NCBI GenBank assembly: GCA_039189765.1
Contig: JBCCYL010000018.1
Span: 25,537-89,536, forward strand
DNA from: Cyanobacteria bacterium P01_F01_bin.150
Lineage (GTDB): Bacteria; Cyanobacteriota; Cyanobacteriia; CAKZMO01
Direction of reading: 5' to 3'
DNA length: 64,000 nucleotides
Shown here: positions 60,401-64,000 of the stretch, one piece after another
How positions within the stretch are numbered: position 1 is the stretch's first letter
How the letters are laid out: each line of letters opens with the position of its first letter
Notes under the pieces: model-generated
Database searches by the model: none
Seen by the model: the letters and a program-made list of their open reading frames with translations, nothing else
What the model was told of the DNA's origin: nothing
Translations under genes and position numbers: made by a program

Positions 60401-60910
60401 ATGAAACTCACGAAACAATTTACTGTTAATGCATCTGCCGACTGTCTTTGGGAAATTATGGGCACCCAGTTTGCCGATATTTCCAATTGGGCTAGCGGTG
60501 TCTATGCATCTCAAGGTCATTACAATGGTGCCAAACTTCAGGGAGCACCTTACTCAGGACGAATTTGTGAGACTTCGATTGGGACCTTAAAAGAACAGAT
60601 TCTTATCTATGACGACCAGAATAAAACTGTTTCCTACGATGCTAAAAGTGCACAGTTGCCATTCTTTGTGACGCATATGGTAAATACCTGGACGTTCACT
60701 CCTTTAGCTAAGGGGCAATGCAAAGGAGAGATGAATTTAGAAATTTCACTGCTGCCCTTATTTAGTTTGATTATGGGACCAATCATGAAAATGCGTGTGG
60801 GAGGCGCGATTGCTCAAACAATTGAAGAGTTGACCCATGTTGCTGAACATGAGGAGATCCACCCCCGCAAGCTTGAATCTCAACAGAAGCTACAGCCAAA
60901 AAGCACGTAA
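60401..60910 (+). CDS. SRPBCC family protein
   Basis: VNASADCLWEIMG.QFADISNWAS; AGGAG RBS. Confidence 0.8.
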   Translation: MKLTKQFTVNASADCLWEIMGTQFADISNWASGVYASQGHYNGAKLQGAPYSGRICETSIGTLKEQILIYDDQNKTVSYDAKSAQLPFFVTHMVNTWTFTPLAKGQCKGEMNLEISLLPLFSLIMGPIMKMRVGGAIAQTIEELTHVAEHEEIHPRKLESQQKLQPKST

Positions 60911-60976
60911 TCAATTTTACAAAAATAGTCAGTGGTTACGACACCGAGACAACTAAATTTCATACAGGAGTCCGAC

Positions 60977-61822
60977 ATGCAAACTCTCACTATGCCCACA
61001 CCTCGCACCACCCACACTGTCAAAGGTGGTGGTGGAGTAGACATCGCAGTCCAAGAGTGGGGCAACCCTGAAGGTCACCCTATCATTTTTATTCACGCTC
61101 TGATGCAGAGCCATCTCGGCTACCTACCGATCCTGAAGGGTCCCCTTGAACAGGAGGCTCGTCTCATCACGTTCGACACGCGTGGACACGGCGACTCGGG
61201 AAAGCCGGAGAACATGGCTGCCTACCAAGACGGTGAACAGCTTGCTGATGATCTTGCCGCTGTCATCGGGCTTGTGGAGGATGCCAAACCCATCGTTGTC
61301 GCATGGTCGATTGGTGGGGTCATTCTCGATGACTATCTCGCGAAATACGGTGACGATGGGATCTCCGGCGCAGTCTACCTCGGAGCCGGTCACGCGCTCG
61401 GCGAAGGCGCTAACAAGTACGTTGCTGCTGGGTTTGCGCAGACTGCACCCGCCGTAATATCTCCGAACCTTGCGACACGAGTCAGGGGCACGATCGAGGT
61501 TGGCCGAGCCAACACCGCACAGCCACTCCCAGATGACCGTTTCATGCTCGATATCGCGGTTAGCATGGTCGTTCCGCCGCAGGCACGGGCTGGCCTTATC
61601 AGTCGTAGCGTCAACCACATCATAGATACCCTGCCGTCCACCACCGTGCCAATGCGCTTTTTGCATGGTTCAGAGGATCAAATTGTTGAGCTAGTCTCGT
61701 CTAAAGACGCAGCTGCAGCTGCACCAAATGGCACCTACGTCGAGATCGCCGATATTGGGCACGCACCGGCAACTGAAGCTACAGAGTCTGTCGTTAAGGC
61801 CATTCGGAGCATCATGGCATGA
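60977..61822 (+). CDS. Alpha/beta hydrolase (non-heme haloperoxidase-like)
   Basis: DTRGHGDS, AWSIGG nucleophile elbow, HGSEDQIV, IGHAP; AGGAG RBS. Confidence 0.88.
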   Translation: MQTLTMPTPRTTHTVKGGGGVDIAVQEWGNPEGHPIIFIHALMQSHLGYLPILKGPLEQEARLITFDTRGHGDSGKPENMAAYQDGEQLADDLAAVIGLVEDAKPIVVAWSIGGVILDDYLAKYGDDGISGAVYLGAGHALGEGANKYVAAGFAQTAPAVISPNLATRVRGTIEVGRANTAQPLPDDRFMLDIAVSMVVPPQARAGLISRSVNHIIDTLPSTTVPMRFLHGSEDQIVELVSSKDAAAAAPNGTYVEIADIGHAPATEATESVVKAIRSIMA

Positions 61823-61899
61823 TTCCGAATTGATGAACCTTTGACAAAATGATTGTCTTAGATTCTGCAACCAGCGCTTGTGCAGGGTGGGTCGTTTAA

Positions 61900-62158
61900 C
61901 ATACCAATTGACACGTTCCCTCTATACTAGACGGGGAGTGCATGGGCATCAAGCCAGTAGCAACCGTCGATTACGGGGATGGGCATTGATCAATAACTTT
62001 CGTCCCTTTGCCCCTCGCAGTGGGCAGCAACGCTCATTTAGTAGCCCTGCCCATCGCCTCAGCCTGAAACAATACCATCTTCTATTGGCTACACAATCTT
62101 CAGGTGTGTGCATCTTGTCAAGAATTTAGAGGCGCTACATAGAAAACGGTAGAGTCAG
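61900..62158 (+). mobile_element. Transposase 3' remnant plus IS right end, copy 2 (family unassigned)
   Basis: HGHQASSNRRLRGWALINNFRPFAPRS..SPAHRL, then frameshifted WLHNLQVCASCQEFRGAT*; terminal 60 bp repeated at 59296. Confidence 0.6.
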
Positions 62159-62223
62159 AGAGTTTTAAATTTACATCTATTTCGTTACAATAGCATCCGA
62201 ATGTCGTTGAATATACCGTTACT

Positions 62224-62655
62224 ATGTCAGTTCTAAATACCATTTCGATTCCAGCTCTGCTACTGACATCAATTGTACTTGCGTCTGCATTAGTCTATCT
62301 TCCTTTTCTGGTGGTGGCCTATGCTCGTCTGCAAGCACCGGATGGATACGATCAGTCCGCCCCCAGAGCAATGGAGCTACCCGCCTATGCGAAACGTGCC
62401 AACTGGGCGCACCAAAATGCCTTTGAATCGTTTATCATTTTTGCCGTCGCTGCCCTGATGGCCTATGTAACGGGAGAGAATAGCGGCCAAGAGTCGATAA
62501 CGGTGGTCTACGGCGCGATCGCCTATTTGATTGCTCGTCTACTATATCCGGTAGCGTATATTCTGGATATTCCAGTGATGCGATCGCTTATGTTCGGCGT
62601 AGGAAATATCGGCATTATCATTCTTTTCACATTCAGTATTCGTAGCGTCCTTTAA
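62224..62655 (+). CDS. MAPEG family membrane protein
   Basis: APRAM..RANWAHQNAFE..ARLLY. Confidence 0.88.
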   Translation: MSVLNTISIPALLLTSIVLASALVYLPFLVVAYARLQAPDGYDQSAPRAMELPAYAKRANWAHQNAFESFIIFAVAALMAYVTGENSGQESITVVYGAIAYLIARLLYPVAYILDIPVMRSLMFGVGNIGIIILFTFSIRSVL

Positions 62656-62779
62656 TAGGTGCTACTATCGCTTACGTTCCCATTATTTGAATAAACGCCG
62701 CTTGTATTAGCGAGATGGCAGAACAGGTCTTTATTGCATCTTCCAACCCACTCAATTTAAAATTACGTTTTAATCACAT

Positions 62780-63271
62780 ATGGCTTCTACATACTCCTTT
62801 GACATCGTCAGCGATTTTGACCGCCAAGAGCTAGTAAATTCTCTGGATCAAACCCGTCGAGAAATTAAAAGTCGCTACGATTTAAAAGATACAAAAACCA
62901 CCATTGATTTGGCAGATGAGGTGATTACTATTACTACAGATAGTGAGTTTACCCTACAGTCGGTCCACACTGTGCTACAGACTAAATCAGCTAAACGCAA
63001 GCTATCTCTGAAGATTTTTGACTACGGTGATGTTGAGTCAGCAACAGGGACCCGCGTTCGTCAAGTTATTAAATTGAAGAAAGGCATCAGTCAGGACATT
63101 GGCAAGAAAATCACCAAAATGGTGCGGGACAATATGAAAAAGGTGCAGGCGTCTATTCAGGGGGATGCAGTAAGAATTTCGGCCAAATCAAAAGATGATC
63201 TCCAAAGCGTTCAGCAGATGGTGCGTGATGAAGAATGGCCCGTTGCTATCCAGTTCAACAACTATCGCTAA
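62780..63271 (+). CDS. yajQ: YajQ family nucleotide-binding protein
   Basis: [34 protein letters not shown]. Confidence 0.95.
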   Translation: MASTYSFDIVSDFDRQELVNSLDQTRREIKSRYDLKDTKTTIDLADEVITITTDSEFTLQSVHTVLQTKSAKRKLSLKIFDYGDVESATGTRVRQVIKLKKGISQDIGKKITKMVRDNMKKVQASIQGDAVRISAKSKDDLQSVQQMVRDEEWPVAIQFNNYR

Positions 63272-63285
63272 CATAGGTTGCCAGT

Positions 63286-63876
63286 ATGGTTTCCCCCATT
63301 GAGCTATTGTGGGCCTTTATTGGGCTGATTCTGACGATTGGTGGTACCTTTCTTGAAGCATTTGTGACTGGAGTGCCCGTCAACTTGATGGCGACGGAGC
63401 CTAACTTTCCGGTACATTCCCTGGGAGTCACCTGTCAGATTGCGGCAGTGCTAATAGTGGGCTGTTTGGGAGGAAAAAATGCTGGGGCGATGTCCCAAAT
63501 TGCCTACCTGACGCTGGGTTTAACCTGGCTTCATATTTTCACCCATGGCGGTGGCCCCAACTATTTATTTCGACCCACATTTGGCTACTTACTGGGATTT
63601 ATCCCAGGTGCCTGGTTATGTGGTTGGATGGCATTCCGTCTATCGCGAAAGTTAGAGAACCTGGCAACGAGCTGTTTAAGTGGCCTAGCAACGATTCACC
63701 TAACGGGGATCAGCTATCTGGTCACGGTTCATTTTTTAGACAAAAGCAGCTTGGGTCTGGGGCGACTTGGGGAGCTAATTTTTGCCTACTCCATTGTTGA
63801 TTTACCTGGTCAGCTAGCATTGGTTTGTGCCGTAACCGTAATTGCGTATATCTTTCGGCATATTATGTTCTATTAG
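63286..63876 (+). CDS. bioY: Biotin transporter BioY
   Basis: AYLTLGL, FTHGGG, PTFGYLLGF. Confidence 0.9.
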   Translation: MVSPIELLWAFIGLILTIGGTFLEAFVTGVPVNLMATEPNFPVHSLGVTCQIAAVLIVGCLGGKNAGAMSQIAYLTLGLTWLHIFTHGGGPNYLFRPTFGYLLGFIPGAWLCGWMAFRLSRKLENLATSCLSGLATIHLTGISYLVTVHFLDKSSLGLGRLGELIFAYSIVDLPGQLALVCAVTVIAYIFRHIMFY

Positions 63877-64000
63877 GATGGGTTTCGCTTTACGGCAAAA
63901 AAATCAATAGAGGAGTGGGGGGGGCGCCCCCCCCACAACCCCCCAAAAAATATAAAAAAAAAAAATAAATATTTTAAAAAAAAAAATGGTAAAGTGTAAA

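Noticed and set aside
63890..64000. G/C palindrome and A-rich tract at the window end
   Set aside because: Homopolymer-rich, low-complexity sequence typical of a low-quality contig or read end

Overview
A cyanobacterial chromosomal segment, judged from abundant HIP1 sites (GCGATCGC), Cph1/Rcp1, an HCP and a CBS-CP12 gene; the host is probably filamentous. The core content is pgm, thrB, homoserine dehydrogenase, yajQ, bioY, a UvrD-like helicase, a NUDIX hydrolase, a nitroreductase, a phytochrome signalling operon, an RcaC/E/F-like phosphorelay, hoxW, a USP and PecS-PecM. The main accessory region is a peptide-type ABC transporter operon (about 41.5-54.9 kb) whose gene junctions are filled with toxin/antitoxin/immunity cassettes and their remnants. 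It also holds an AT-rich, stand-alone 907-aa gene that fuses a RecB/Cas4-like Fe-S nuclease, an RNase H-like exonuclease and an IS66-type DDE domain. That gene is flanked by a bipartite direct repeat, TATTGAGAAT-N8-TTTATAC. Small repeats occur throughout the window: MITEs with visible target-site duplications that carry REP-like hairpins, a palindromic insert apparently within a HIP1 site, and modular 7/8-nt tandem-repeat cassettes inserted in frame into conserved genes, always in the orientation that encodes hydrophilic peptide. No rRNA, tRNA or CRISPR array was seen. All family assignments come from recognising motifs by eye, not from database searches.
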